Source: an uncultured Gemmatimonadales bacterium (lineage in GTDB: Bacteria; Gemmatimonadota; Gemmatimonadetes; Gemmatimonadales; GWC2-71-9). Taken from it: DNA of 64,000 nucleotides. The stretch spans positions 256,001-320,000 of the forward strand of contig CAVSLV010000004.1 of NCBI GenBank assembly GCA_963728915.1. Direction: 5' to 3'. Shown one piece after another: positions 51,677-61,810 of the stretch (within the stretch, counting starts at the first letter, position 1; each line of letters begins with the position of its first letter). Below the pieces are notes generated by a model, which saw only the letters and a program-made list of their open reading frames with translations, did no database searches and was not told where the DNA came from. A program made the translations under genes and the position numbers.

Positions 51677-51784
51677 GCGTTGCGAAACAGCCCCTGACCC
51701 GACTTGAGCCTGCCCGAACCACCCCTATGCGGACCTGACTTAACCCGTTCAGCCACAAGGAATTGTAGGAAGGGATGAGACCCA

Positions 51785-51800
51785 TGGCATAGCGGTTGCC
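51785..51800 (+). promoter_or_regulatory. Sigma54 promoter candidate upstream of pilM
   Basis: TGGCATAGCGGTTGCC = GG-N10-GC with TGGCA and TTGC. Confidence 0.65.
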
Positions 51801-51976
51801 CGCACCATCTTGCTCCGGGTGCAAGGCTGAGCAGGGACATTGGGAAGTCGGTCGGGAGGCGGGTCGGGCTGACAGTCCCTAAGTGGTATTGGCAAAAAGA
51901 CTTGCTCGGCTTCACTTCAAGCCCTATTGTAGAGGGCAGCGGCTTGCACCCCTCCTCGCAATAACAGGAACAACGG

Positions 51977-53017
51977 ATGGCCTTGTTCAGCCGGACCCGG
52001 ACTTCGGTTGGCCTCGATATCGGGAGCGGGCAGGTCAAGCTCGCTGTCATCTCCCATGGCAGCGGGGAACCGGTGCTTTCCAAGGTGGCCATGACTCCGC
52101 TCGCCGACGATGCGATCGTCGAGGGCGAGGTGATGGACCCCGGCATCGTTTCCGAGGCGGTGCGCACCCTCTTCGAACAATCCGGCATCAAGTCGCGTCA
52201 GGTCGTGACCGCGGTGGGCGGTCGTGACGTGATCATCAAGAAGATCCCGATGGACCGGATGAAGGAATCCGAAGCCCGGGAGGTCATCCGCTGGGAAGCG
52301 GAACAGCACGTTCCCTTCGACATGGACAACGTGGAGCTCGACTTCCAGATCCTGGATCCGGAAGGCGAAGGCCTCCAGATGACCGTGCTGCTGGTCGCCG
52401 CCAAACGGGAACTCATCGACCACAAGATCTCGCTGCTCTCCGAAGTCGGGGTGGAACCCGCGATCATCGACGTGGATTCCTTCGCGCTCCACAACGCGTT
52501 CGAGCTGAGCTATCCGGACGGGATGTCGGGGGTCGTCGGCCTGGTGAACATCGGCCACGAAATGACCAACATCAACATCCTCGACGAAGGGATTCCGGTC
52601 CTGACCCGTGACCTGCCGGTCGGCACTCGGCGGTTCCGGGAGGACCTCCAGCGGGAGCGCGGGTTATCGGCGGCCGAAGCCGATCGGGTGCTCCAGGGGT
52701 TCGAGACCACCGATGTGCTGACGCCGTTCCTCGAAAGCCGGGGCGAAGAGCTCGCCACCGGCATCGAGCGGGCGGCTGCGTTTCTCCAGACCGCGGCGCG
52801 CTCGACCAGCGGGTTGTCCCGACTGTACACCTCGGGCGGCGGGTCGCGGATTCCCGGTCTCACCAAGGTCCTCGGTGATCGCCTCCGCCTGCCGGTGGAA
52901 ATGACCAATCCCCTGAAGCGGCTTCACGTGGATCCCGGCGCCTTCGACGGGATGAACATCGACGAGGTAGCGCCCCTGCTCATGCTCCCGGTGGGCCTGG
53001 CGCTCCGGACCGTCTGA
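51977..53017 (+). CDS. pilM: Type IV pilus alignment protein PilM
   Basis: VGLDIGS..VK, EAEQHVPF, DVD.FAL, TSGGG, GLALR. Confidence 0.95.
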   Translation: MALFSRTRTSVGLDIGSGQVKLAVISHGSGEPVLSKVAMTPLADDAIVEGEVMDPGIVSEAVRTLFEQSGIKSRQVVTAVGGRDVIIKKIPMDRMKESEAREVIRWEAEQHVPFDMDNVELDFQILDPEGEGLQMTVLLVAAKRELIDHKISLLSEVGVEPAIIDVDSFALHNAFELSYPDGMSGVVGLVNIGHEMTNINILDEGIPVLTRDLPVGTRRFREDLQRERGLSAAEADRVLQGFETTDVLTPFLESRGEELATGIERAAAFLQTAARSTSGLSRLYTSGGGSRIPGLTKVLGDRLRLPVEMTNPLKRLHVDPGAFDGMNIDEVAPLLMLPVGLALRTV

Positions 53018-53021
53018 ATCC

Positions 53022-53678
53022 ATGATCACCGTCAACCTCAAGCCCGGTACCAGGCGGACCAAGGCCCCCGGTTTCGCCCCCACGCTCAGGGGGCTCAAGG
53101 ACCTTCCCGGGAAGATCAAGGATCCCTGGCCGGTCGCGGCGATCGTCGCCTGGGTGCTGGTGATCGGGTTCCTCGGCTGGATCTGGATCGGCTCCGCCAT
53201 CGCGATGGGACGCATGGAGAGCGAGCTGGCCGCGAAGCGCGCCGAGAACCGGCGCAACCGCCAGCTGCTCGCCGAGAAGCGACGCGCCGAAGCGGCCCGC
53301 GACTCGGTCATCACCCAGATTGCCACCATCCGGATGGTCGATGAGGATCGCTACGTCTGGGCCCACGTGCTGGATGAAGTGGGCCGGGCCCTGCCGCCCT
53401 ATCTCTGGCTCACCGACATGCAGCCGAGCAATCCGGCGGCCTCGGACACGTCGGCGGCGGTTCCACCGCCCACGGTCCAGCTCACCGGGCGCACGATGGA
53501 CCTCGCCGCCTTTACCCGGTTCATGCGACAGCTCGAGGATTCACCCTGGTTCCAGGATGTGACGGTGATCACCACCGGAACCGAGATCGATCATGGGCGC
53601 GCCGTCACGACGTTCGTGCTGAAAGCGACCTACGTGCGGATCCGGCCTGAACAGACCCACGCCGCTACGGGGGAGTGA
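53022..53678 (+). CDS. pilN: PilN
   Basis: MITVNL.P N-terminal motif, TM, coiled coil, LE.SPWF. Confidence 0.88.
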   Translation: MITVNLKPGTRRTKAPGFAPTLRGLKDLPGKIKDPWPVAAIVAWVLVIGFLGWIWIGSAIAMGRMESELAAKRAENRRNRQLLAEKRRAEAARDSVITQIATIRMVDEDRYVWAHVLDEVGRALPPYLWLTDMQPSNPAASDTSAAVPPPTVQLTGRTMDLAAFTRFMRQLEDSPWFQDVTVITTGTEIDHGRAVTTFVLKATYVRIRPEQTHAATGE

Positions 53679-53681
53679 GCC

Positions 53682-54311
53682 ATGGCCCTGCTTGATTCTC
53701 CCCGCAACAAGGCCATCGTGGCCATCCTGTTCGCCCTGCTGCTGGGCTACGTGGCGTATACCGGCGACGGTCTCAATGCGCTCGGCGTGCCCGGGCTCAA
53801 GTCCAAGCGCGAGGCGGTCATCGCGGCCCGGGACTCGATCGTCCTGCTGACCGCCCAGAACGACAGCGTGCGGCGCGAGCTCGCCAGGGGCTCTCCCGAA
53901 GAGCTGGCCAAGCGGACCGAAGCCTATCGCGCCACCCTGGAAACCCTGCGGCAGCTCGTGCCGGAGCGGGGCGAGGTGCCTGGACTCATCGATGCGATTT
54001 CGTCGCGGGCCAAGTTCCGCGGCGTCCGTCTTGCGGTCTTCAACCCCGATCCGGTCGAACCCGGGCCGGCTCCGTTCGACACCTATCGGTATCGGCTCTC
54101 GGTGATTGGACACTACGACGAGATCGGCTCGTTCCTCAGTGACGTGGCGGGACTCCGCCGCATCATCGTGCCGATGGACGTCGCGATGGCCGCGGCGAAC
54201 GCCGCTTCGGCGCGCGCGCTAGGGGATACCACCAGCGGCATGCTGGAGGCCAAGCTGGTCGTGAAGACGTACGTGAAAGCCGGAAATGAGGGAGGCTCCG
54301 GTGGTCACTGA
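53682..54311 (+). CDS. pilO: PilO
   Basis: TM, coiled coil, VP...EVPGL, G.Y..IG.F...V..L.RI. Confidence 0.88.
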   Translation: MALLDSPRNKAIVAILFALLLGYVAYTGDGLNALGVPGLKSKREAVIAARDSIVLLTAQNDSVRRELARGSPEELAKRTEAYRATLETLRQLVPERGEVPGLIDAISSRAKFRGVRLAVFNPDPVEPGPAPFDTYRYRLSVIGHYDEIGSFLSDVAGLRRIIVPMDVAMAAANAASARALGDTTSGMLEAKLVVKTYVKAGNEGGSGGH

Positions 54312-54813
54312 TCGCCTGATGCTGGCAGGAGTCCTGGTCCTGGCCGCGTGCGGTGGAGGACCGGCAGGTACTCCTGCGCCCGCTCCCCCGACCGGCGTGG
54401 AAGAAGACGCGTCGCGGGCGCCCGCCGCCAAGGACACCACGGCGCCCAAGCCGGCCGTCCTGGATTCCTCCCTGATTCCCGAGCCGGGCGCCGAGCTCAA
54501 GCGGGAGGTCTTCAGCTACCGGGGCGGCAGCCGGGATCCCTTCGTATCCCTGCTCGAGGGCAGGAACGTCGGCCCCGAGCTGGGCGACCTGGATGTCGTG
54601 GGCATTGCCTACATCCCGGATGACACGAAGTCGAGCTCTGCGGTCCTCTGGGACCGGGTCAATCTCAAACAGTACACCGCCCGCGAGGGCGAGCGGGTTG
54701 GTAGGGCGCGGGTGGTGGGCATCACCCAGCTGGCCGTTCGGTTTACGATCGATGACTTCGGAACCCAGCGTGAGGTGACGCTGACGCTCCGCAAGCGGGA
54801 GGATGTCCCATGA
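54301..54813 (+). CDS. pilP: PilP-like lipoprotein
   Basis: Lipobox LAAC, disordered linker, RDPF motif; lies between pilO and pilQ. Confidence 0.75.
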   Translation: MVTDRLMLAGVLVLAACGGGPAGTPAPAPPTGVEEDASRAPAAKDTTAPKPAVLDSSLIPEPGAELKREVFSYRGGSRDPFVSLLEGRNVGPELGDLDVVGIAYIPDDTKSSSAVLWDRVNLKQYTAREGERVGRARVVGITQLAVRFTIDDFGTQREVTLTLRKREDVP

Positions 54814-56582
54814 TCGGAGGTTTCTGGTCCCTGCTCTTCTCGGTCGTCTCCGCATTTCCCGCCGGTGGGGCGGGTCTGGCGAGAGGCGATGGAGAAGTGC
54901 GCGCCGTGAGCCTGGTCCCCGTGCCGGCGGACGGCAGGGCCCAGCTCGTGATTGAAGTGAGCGGCACCATCGAGGTGACCGATCGGGTGCTCCGGGATCC
55001 CAACCGCATTGTGCTGGATCTGGCGGGCGCGACGCTCGCCTCCGGGATGCCGCGGTCGTACGACGGAATTCCCCGCGGGGTCGTCCGAAACGTCCGGATC
55101 AACCAGTTCACTCCGAACGTCGTTCGGGTCGTGCTGGACGTGGACCAGCTGGTGTCGTACCGCATCGAGCGCGGCCCCGAATCGATTCGGGTGTCATTCG
55201 ATGCCGGTCAGGAAATCCAGGCCTGGAACGCTCCGGCCGGCGCCTCCGTCGACTCGGCCATCAGGCCGGTCGCGCTGGCCCCGCGCAAGGTGTCGCCGGT
55301 GCTTCCGGTCAACGCGAGCCCGGTGCAGCAGCGCCAGGCCCAGCACATGACGATCACGTTCAACAAGGCCCCGCTGGAAGCCGTGGTCGCGCAGTTCCGC
55401 GCGGTCAGCGGACGGAGCATCATCCTGGGCCGCGATCTGGGCGAGCGCCCGGTGACCGCCGAGGTGGTGGACCAGCCCTGGCCGGAAGCCTTCTATTCGA
55501 TTCTGGGAGCGCAGGGTCTCCGGGTGCAGGAAATGCCCGGCGGCATTCTTCGGGTCGATGATCCGGCCAAGCTTGCCGAATCCGACTCCCTCGAGCCGGT
55601 CGAGATCCGGCTCCTCCGGATCAACTATGCCCGCGCCTCCGAGCTGGCCAAGTCGGCGGAAGGCGTCCTGAGCGCTCGCGGCAAGGCGGTTCCTGATACC
55701 GCGACCAATTCGATCGTGCTCCGGGAAACCCGGGCGAACATCGACCAGGTGGAGCGGTTCCTTCTCCAGCTCGACATCAAGCCCAAGCAGGTCTCGATCC
55801 AGGCGAAGATCATCTTCGTCGACCGGACCGACCTGGAGCAGCTCGGCTTCAAGTACGACATCGGGAGCGCGAGCCAGTTCTACAACCAGGTCGTGCAGCG
55901 CCCCGACCCGGCGTCCGGTGGCCTGACCCCGTATGTCCCGGCGCGGACCATCGTGGACCTGGGCGGCAACCAGATCAGCGCGGTCGGGAATGCGTCATCG
56001 ATCATCACCTCGCCGGCGATCGACCTGCTGTTCTCCACGGCCATCGGCGGGTTCTCGATTACGAGCTTCCTCCAGGCCCTGCAACAGGTCGAGCTGTCCG
56101 ACGTCCAGGCCGAGCCGACCATCACGACCCAGGACAACAAGGCAGCCACCATCCGGGTTGGCGAAGACATTCCGGTCCGGGTGATCGACCTCGCCTCGGC
56201 CCAGTCGGCGGCGGGAACGGTGGCCCGCGCCAACGTGCAGTTCCGCGAGACCGGCATCAAGCTGAACGTGACGCCGCACATCACCGACGACGGCAACATC
56301 TTCCTCCAGCTCGCGACCGAGCGGTCCAGCATTCAGACCCTGGCGGCCGCCGATCTGGGCTTCATCATCTCCAAGCAGGAGTCGAGCAACCAGCTTCTGG
56401 TGGCCGACGGCGAAACCGCGGTGATCGGCGGGCTGACCGTCACCACCGTCGAGAAGTCCAAGTCCGGGATCCCGCTGCTGTCCTCGTTGCCCTTGATCGG
56501 CAGCCTGTTCAGCTTCACCAGCAACCGGGAAAACCGGAAGGATCTCATCATCCTCGTGACGCCGAGGGTCATCGGGAACTAA
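54810..56582 (+). CDS. pilQ: Type IV pilus secretin PilQ with AMIN domain
   Basis: P.RIVLDL and VVRVVLD (AMIN), TGIKL.VTP.I, DGETAVIGGL, IPLL..LP.IG.LF, LIILVTPR. Confidence 0.92.
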   Translation: MIGGFWSLLFSVVSAFPAGGAGLARGDGEVRAVSLVPVPADGRAQLVIEVSGTIEVTDRVLRDPNRIVLDLAGATLASGMPRSYDGIPRGVVRNVRINQFTPNVVRVVLDVDQLVSYRIERGPESIRVSFDAGQEIQAWNAPAGASVDSAIRPVALAPRKVSPVLPVNASPVQQRQAQHMTITFNKAPLEAVVAQFRAVSGRSIILGRDLGERPVTAEVVDQPWPEAFYSILGAQGLRVQEMPGGILRVDDPAKLAESDSLEPVEIRLLRINYARASELAKSAEGVLSARGKAVPDTATNSIVLRETRANIDQVERFLLQLDIKPKQVSIQAKIIFVDRTDLEQLGFKYDIGSASQFYNQVVQRPDPASGGLTPYVPARTIVDLGGNQISAVGNASSIITSPAIDLLFSTAIGGFSITSFLQALQQVELSDVQAEPTITTQDNKAATIRVGEDIPVRVIDLASAQSAAGTVARANVQFRETGIKLNVTPHITDDGNIFLQLATERSSIQTLAAADLGFIISKQESSNQLLVADGETAVIGGLTVTTVEKSKSGIPLLSSLPLIGSLFSFTSNRENRKDLIILVTPRVIGN

Positions 56583-56591
56583 CTTCCCGGC

Positions 56592-57803
56592 GTGACGCTT
56601 CGCTTCACAACCGCAGGGGAGTCGCACGGGAAGGCCCTCGTCGTCATCGTCGAGGGCCTTCCCGCCGGCTTACCCCTCTCCGCCGAATCCGTGGATCACC
56701 AGCTCGCCCGCCGGATGCAGGGCTACGGCCGGGGCGCGCGCATGAAGATCGAGTCGGACCGGATCGAGTGGCTCGCCGGAGTCCGCTCCGGTGAGACCAT
56801 CGGCTCTCCGGTCGCCATGCTCATCCGGAACCTCGACTGGGCCAACTGGGAGGACGTGATGGCCGCGGAGGGCACCCCGGGTGACCTCCGCCGCCGCCGG
56901 GTCACCCGGCCCCGGCCGGGTCATGCCGACCTGGTCGGCGTTCTGAAGTACGACCGGGTGGACGCCCGGGATATCCTGGAACGGGCCAGCGCACGCGAGA
57001 CCGCTGCCCGGGTGGCCGCCGGCGCCCTGGCCCGGCGGCTGCTCGAGGAATTTGGGGTGGACATCGGGAGCCACGTCGTCTCCCTCGGCGGCATCCCGAT
57101 CACGGCGGGCCTGTCCCTGCCGAGTCCGCTCAATGAGGCGTCCGACCGCTCCCCGGTCCGGGTCATCGATCCCGCGGTCGAGTCCCAGATCATCGCGCGG
57201 ATCGACCAGGCGAAGAAGGCTGGCGATACCCTGGGGGGAGAGGTCGAGGTAGTTGCCGCCGGCGTCGTGCTCGGATTAGGCAGCCATGCCAGCTGGGATC
57301 GCAAGCTCGACGGCCGCCTGGCCGGGATGCTCATGTCCATCCCCGCCGTCAAAGGCGTCGAGATCGGAATGGGTTTCACCGCGGCCCGGGTGCCCGGGTC
57401 CCAGGTTCATGACCCGATCGAAGTGGACGGGGAGGGCGCCCCGGTGCCCGGGCCCCGCGGCGGATTCCGTCGGACCAGCAACAATGCCGGCGGGCTGGAG
57501 GGCGGGATGACCACCGGTGAACCCCTGGTGGTCCGGGTCGCCATGAAGCCGATCTCCACCCTCATGTCTCCTCTCAAGACGGTGGACCTGAAGAGCGGAG
57601 AGGCCGCCAACGCGCAGAGCGAGCGGTCCGACGTCACCGCGGTCCCGGCAGTCGGGGTCATTGCGGAAGCCCTGGTCGCCCTGGTCCTGGCCGAGGCGAT
57701 GCTCGAGAAGTTCGGGGGGGATTCCCTGGCCGAGCTGCGGCGGAACTACGACGGCTACGTTGCCGGGTTAGGGAAGCGATGGTCGGAGCTCCGGCGGTCG
57801 TGA
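56592..57803 (+). CDS. aroC: Chorismate synthase
   Basis: TAGESHG, RPGHAD, ERASARET, NNAGGLEGG, MKPISTL, ERSDV. Confidence 0.97.
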   Translation: MTLRFTTAGESHGKALVVIVEGLPAGLPLSAESVDHQLARRMQGYGRGARMKIESDRIEWLAGVRSGETIGSPVAMLIRNLDWANWEDVMAAEGTPGDLRRRRVTRPRPGHADLVGVLKYDRVDARDILERASARETAARVAAGALARRLLEEFGVDIGSHVVSLGGIPITAGLSLPSPLNEASDRSPVRVIDPAVESQIIARIDQAKKAGDTLGGEVEVVAAGVVLGLGSHASWDRKLDGRLAGMLMSIPAVKGVEIGMGFTAARVPGSQVHDPIEVDGEGAPVPGPRGGFRRTSNNAGGLEGGMTTGEPLVVRVAMKPISTLMSPLKTVDLKSGEAANAQSERSDVTAVPAVGVIAEALVALVLAEAMLEKFGGDSLAELRRNYDGYVAGLGKRWSELRRS

Positions 57804-57808
57804 GCCGC

Positions 57809-57848
57809 CGCCATTCCGTCCGCCTTTCCGCCCGTCCGCCTGTCCGCC
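57809..57848. repeat. C-rich 8-bp repeat (T/C)GTCCGCC immediately before the aroK ATG
   Basis: cgtccgcc tttccgcc cgtccgcc tgtccgcc; reverse complement of the pilC 3' unit GGCGGACA. Confidence 0.8.
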
Positions 57849-57849
57849 C

Positions 57850-58374
57850 ATGAAGCGGCACGTCGTCCTGGTGGGCCTTCCCGGTTCGGGAAAGACCACT
57901 CTGGTCCGGCTGGTCGCTGAACGGTGGCCTTCCGAGATGGCCGGCTGGACCGACCTCGATGCCGACATCGTCGCGGAGGCGGGCCGGCCCATCCCGGAAA
58001 TCTTTGCCCGCGCCGGCGAGCGGGGCTTTCGCCGGCTCGAACGCGCGGCGATGGAAGCGGCCCTTCGCCGGGACCCTCACCTGATCGCCGCGGGCGCCGG
58101 CTGGATCGCCGAGCCGGGCAATCTCGCCGCGGCCCGGGCCCGCCACGCCCTGGTGGTCTATTTGCGGGTTATGCCGGACCAGGCCGACGCCCGGCTCGGC
58201 GCGGCCGACGACCGCCCTCTGCTCGCGGGGCCGGGCCGCCTCGCCCGGCTCACCGCGCTGCTCATCGAGCGGGAGCTCTGGTATCGCCAGGCCGAGGCGG
58301 AGGTCGACGCCTCGGGTGCCCCCGAGGAAGTTGCCGAGTCCCTCCGGGCCGTGGTGGTGCGGTGGGCCCTCTGA
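57850..58374 (+). CDS. aroK: Shikimate kinase
   Basis: GLPGSGKT, DLD, IF...GE..FR..E, RPLL, R...Y. Confidence 0.92.
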   Translation: MKRHVVLVGLPGSGKTTLVRLVAERWPSEMAGWTDLDADIVAEAGRPIPEIFARAGERGFRRLERAAMEAALRRDPHLIAAGAGWIAEPGNLAAARARHALVVYLRVMPDQADARLGAADDRPLLAGPGRLARLTALLIERELWYRQAEAEVDASGAPEEVAESLRAVVVRWAL

Positions 58375-58390
58375 CCGAGTCGAGAACCGG

Positions 58391-59017
58391 TCAGCGGGGA
58401 CGAGAGAGGACCAGCCGGACTCCGAATCCCAGGAAGAGAAGCCCGGTCGCCCGGTCGAGACCGGCTGCCACGGCGGGGCGGGAGAGCCACCTCGCGAGCG
58501 GCCGGGTCAATCCAGTCAGGACCCCGAACCAGATCATCCCTTCCAGGGCGTGAATGCCCGCCAGACCGACGCTGAACCCCGTTACCGGGACGTTCGCCGG
58601 GATGAACTGGGGGAGGAAGGTGAGATAGAACACCCCGACCTTGGGATTCAGCAGGTTGGTCAGGTAACCCCGAAGGAACCAGCCGCGGGAAGTAACCCCG
58701 GCCGAACCGGCGGCCTCGACCGGAACCGCGGCCCGGCGCAGCAGCAGCCTGATCCCGAGATACACCAGATACCCTGATCCGAGCACCTGAAGCACACGAT
58801 ACGCCGTCCTGGAAACGAGCAGGAGAGCCCCGAGCCCAGCGGAGGCGGCGAACCCCCAGGTCAGGCAGCCGAGACAGATCCCGGCGCCCGCGAGGAGGGC
58901 TCGACGGGGACCTTCGACCGCCGCGGTCCGGAGCACCAGCGTGGTATCGAGTCCCGGAGTGATGGTGAGCAGAGCGGCCGCCCCGGTAAAGGCCAGGACA
59001 GCCTGCACAGAAGTCAT
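58391..59017 (-). CDS. LysE/RhtB family exporter
   Basis: TPGLDT, G..YL.YLG, NLLNPK..FY..FLPQF; start MTSVQA. Confidence 0.92.
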   Translation of the reverse strand: MTSVQAVLAFTGAAALLTITPGLDTTLVLRTAAVEGPRRALLAGAGICLGCLTWGFAASAGLGALLLVSRTAYRVLQVLGSGYLVYLGIRLLLRRAAVPVEAAGSAGVTSRGWFLRGYLTNLLNPKVGVFYLTFLPQFIPANVPVTGFSVGLAGIHALEGMIWFGVLTGLTRPLARWLSRPAVAAGLDRATGLLFLGFGVRLVLSRPR

Positions 59018-59047
59018 CGCGCAAAGATACCTGCCTATCATTCTCCC

Positions 59048-60352
59048 ATGAGCACGCTGACTGCCCAGGTGATCGGTGGAGGTCTGGCCGGCTGTGAGGC
59101 CGCCTGGGCCCTCGCCGAGCGCGGGGTTCGCGTCACCCTGGTCGAAATGCGCCCGTTGGTGATGACCCCGGCGCATCAGACCGGCCGGCTGGCCGAGCTG
59201 GTCTGCACCAATTCTCTCAAATCGGTCGAGCCGACCACCGCCCATGGACTGCTCAAGGCCGAGCTCCGGATGATCGGCAGTCTCCTGCTGAAATGCGCCG
59301 ACGAAGCCCGGGTGCCGGGCGGCTCCGCGCTGGTGGTGGATCGGGAGGTCTTCTCGTCGGCGGTGGACCGGAGAATCCGGGCTCACCCGATGATCGAGGT
59401 GAAGGGAGCGGAAGCTTGCGCCCTGCCGGAGCAGGGGATCGTGGCCACCGGCCCGCTCACGTCGGAACGACTCGCTCACGCCATCGCGGCCCGCCTCGGT
59501 GTCACGTCGCTCGCCTTCTACGATGCCATCGCACCCATCGTCAGCGACGAGTCCCTCGAGCATCCGCTGCTGTACCGGAAATCGCGCTACGACAAGGGCG
59601 AGGGAGACGACTACCTCAACGCCCCGATGAACCGGGAAGAATACGAAGCGTTTCTCTCCGAGCTGGGCGCGGCCGACCAGTATCACGCCCACGAATTCGA
59701 CCAGGTCCCCTACTTCGAGGGATGCCTGCCGGTCGAGGAGATGGCCCGCCGCGGTCCTGAGACGCTTCGCTTCGGGCCCATGAAGCCGGTCGGGTTGCCC
59801 GACCCGCGCACCGGCAGGGAACCCTACGCGGTGGTTCAGCTTCGCCGGGAGGACCGGGCCGGCCAGATGTGGAACCTGGTCGGGTTCCAGACCCGGCTCC
59901 GCATTCCGGAGCAGCAGCGGGTCTTCCGCCGGATCCCCGGCCTGGCCGGCGCCGAGTTTCTCCGCTACGGCAGTATCCATCGCAACGCCTACATCAACAG
60001 TCCCGCGACGCTCGGTCCCGGGTTATGCACCCGGGATCAGCCGCTCACCTTCTTCGCGGGTCAGCTCACCGGGGTGGAGGGGTACACCGAGTCCTTCGGC
60101 ACCGGCATTCTCGCCGGCATCAATCTCCACCGCCACCTGACCGGACGAGCGATCCTGGTTCCGCCCCCCACGACCATGCTGGGCGCGCTGCTCCGGTACC
60201 TGGGGGAGGCCGATCCCGGACACTTCCAGCCGATGAATGCGAACTTCGGACTCCTGGATCCGCTGGCCGGCACCGTGCGGAAGTCCGAGAAGCGAACCCT
60301 CCTGGTCGATCGGGCACTCGAGGAGTTTCGCGGATGGAGCGCGGGCCTGTGA
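59048..60352 (+). CDS. trmFO: tRNA (uracil-5)-methyltransferase TrmFO
   Basis: VIGGGLAGCEAAW, AELVC.NS, FYDAIAP, FGPMKPVGL, AGQLTGVEGY.ES, FQPMNANFG. Confidence 0.97.
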   Translation: MSTLTAQVIGGGLAGCEAAWALAERGVRVTLVEMRPLVMTPAHQTGRLAELVCTNSLKSVEPTTAHGLLKAELRMIGSLLLKCADEARVPGGSALVVDREVFSSAVDRRIRAHPMIEVKGAEACALPEQGIVATGPLTSERLAHAIAARLGVTSLAFYDAIAPIVSDESLEHPLLYRKSRYDKGEGDDYLNAPMNREEYEAFLSELGAADQYHAHEFDQVPYFEGCLPVEEMARRGPETLRFGPMKPVGLPDPRTGREPYAVVQLRREDRAGQMWNLVGFQTRLRIPEQQRVFRRIPGLAGAEFLRYGSIHRNAYINSPATLGPGLCTRDQPLTFFAGQLTGVEGYTESFGTGILAGINLHRHLTGRAILVPPPTTMLGALLRYLGEADPGHFQPMNANFGLLDPLAGTVRKSEKRTLLVDRALEEFRGWSAGL

Positions 60353-61278
60353 CCCCGGCGATTCGCCGGAAATCCGATCGGCTGCTCTCGTCATTCCTCC
60401 TTCACCTCGAGAAGGAGCGCGATCAGTCGCCCCACACCTTGAAGGCCTATCGGCGGGACCTCGAGACCTTCGCGGCGTTCTGCGATCGGTTTTACGGGGC
60501 CGGTTGGCGCTGGGCCGGAGTGGACCGGCTGGGGGTGCGCGGGTTCCTGGGGGAGCTGGACCGCCGCGGCCTGTCGCGCCGGTCCGCGGCACGGGCCCTT
60601 TCCGCGGTGCGGTCATTCTATCGCTACCTCCAGGTCCATCATGGAATCGCCAACAGCGTGGTCCGGGCGGCCCGTACCCCGAAGATCGAAAAGCGCCTTC
60701 CGACCCACTTCCTTCGTGAAGACATGGATGCCTTGTTCGGGAATGCCGAGGCGCTCGCGGAAGCCGGGGAGTTCCTTCCCGTGCGCGATCTCGCGATGCT
60801 CGAGTTGTTCTACTCTTCGGGACTCCGGCTGAGCGAGCTCCAGGGCCTCGATCTTCCGGGGCTGGATCTCCTCGGCGATCAGGTCAAAGTGCGGGGAAAG
60901 GGCAGGAAGGAGCGCATCGTCCCGGTCGGGCGCCGGGCGAGCGCGGCCCTCCGGCGGTATCTTCTCGCCCGCGAAGGGGTGGTCCGGCGGCCCGGTGCAG
61001 ATCCCGGAGCGGTGTTCGTCAATCGCAATGGGCGCCGGATCGGGCCGGTGACGATCCAGCGACGGATGCATCGCCTGTTCGCCAGCGTCGGGCGGGATGG
61101 CCGGGTCCACTCGCTGCGCCACACCTTCGCGACCCATCTGATGGACGCCGGAGCGGATTTGCGGGCAGTCCAGGAGCTACTGGGGCATGCGTCCCTCAGC
61201 ACCACCCAGATCTATACCCACACGAGCGTGGAGCGGCTGAAGCAGGTGTATCGAAAAGCCCATCCCCGGGGAGGCTGA
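60349..61278 (+). CDS. xerC: Tyrosine recombinase XerC
   Basis: [44 protein letters not shown]; trmFO-xerC-hslVU synteny. Confidence 0.92.
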   Translation: MTPAIRRKSDRLLSSFLLHLEKERDQSPHTLKAYRRDLETFAAFCDRFYGAGWRWAGVDRLGVRGFLGELDRRGLSRRSAARALSAVRSFYRYLQVHHGIANSVVRAARTPKIEKRLPTHFLREDMDALFGNAEALAEAGEFLPVRDLAMLELFYSSGLRLSELQGLDLPGLDLLGDQVKVRGKGRKERIVPVGRRASAALRRYLLAREGVVRRPGADPGAVFVNRNGRRIGPVTIQRRMHRLFASVGRDGRVHSLRHTFATHLMDAGADLRAVQELLGHASLSTTQIYTHTSVERLKQVYRKAHPRGG

Positions 61279-61279
61279 G

Positions 61280-61810
61280 CTGAAACTGCACGGAACCACC
61301 ATTCTCGCCGTGCGCAAGGGCGGCCGCACCGCGCTGGGCGGCGACGGTCAGATCTCCATTGGCGATACCGTCGTCAAGGCCACCGCCAACAAGGTCCGGA
61401 GCCTCAAGGGTGGCCGGGTGCTCGCGGGCTTCGCCGGATCGGTCGCCGACGCGCTCAACCTGTTCGAGCGCTTCGAAGAGAAGCTGGACCGCTATCCCGG
61501 CAATCTCCCCCGGGCCGCGGTCGAGCTGGCCAAGGACTGGCGAAGCGACCGCGTGTTACGCAGGCTGGAAGCGCTGCTGGTGGTGGCCGACCTGGAGCAC
61601 ATCTTCTGGATCAGCGGCAACGGAGAATTGATCGAGCCCGACGACGGCCTTCTCGCGGTGGGCTCGGGAGGCAACTACGCCCTGGCGGCCGCGCGGGCCC
61701 TGGCGCCGGACCCGAAGCTGTCCGCCCGGGACGTCGTGCAGCGGGCCCTGGAGATCGCCGCCGACATCTGCGTGTTCACCAACCGCAACGTGACGATTCT
61801 CGAGATGTGA
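61280..61810 (+). CDS. hslV: ATP-dependent protease subunit HslV
   Basis: HG|TTILAVR catalytic Thr1, GDGQ, AGFAG, GSGG; start inferred at CTG 61280. Confidence 0.93.
   Translation: MKLHGTTILAVRKGGRTALGGDGQISIGDTVVKATANKVRSLKGGRVLAGFAGSVADALNLFERFEEKLDRYPGNLPRAAVELAKDWRSDRVLRRLEALLVVADLEHIFWISGNGELIEPDDGLLAVGSGGNYALAAARALAPDPKLSARDVVQRALEIAADICVFTNRNVTILEM

Noticed and set aside
60349..61278. Tyrosine recombinase as a mobile-element integrase
   Set aside because: Sits in the conserved housekeeping trmFO-xerC-hslVU context; no att sites or cargo seen
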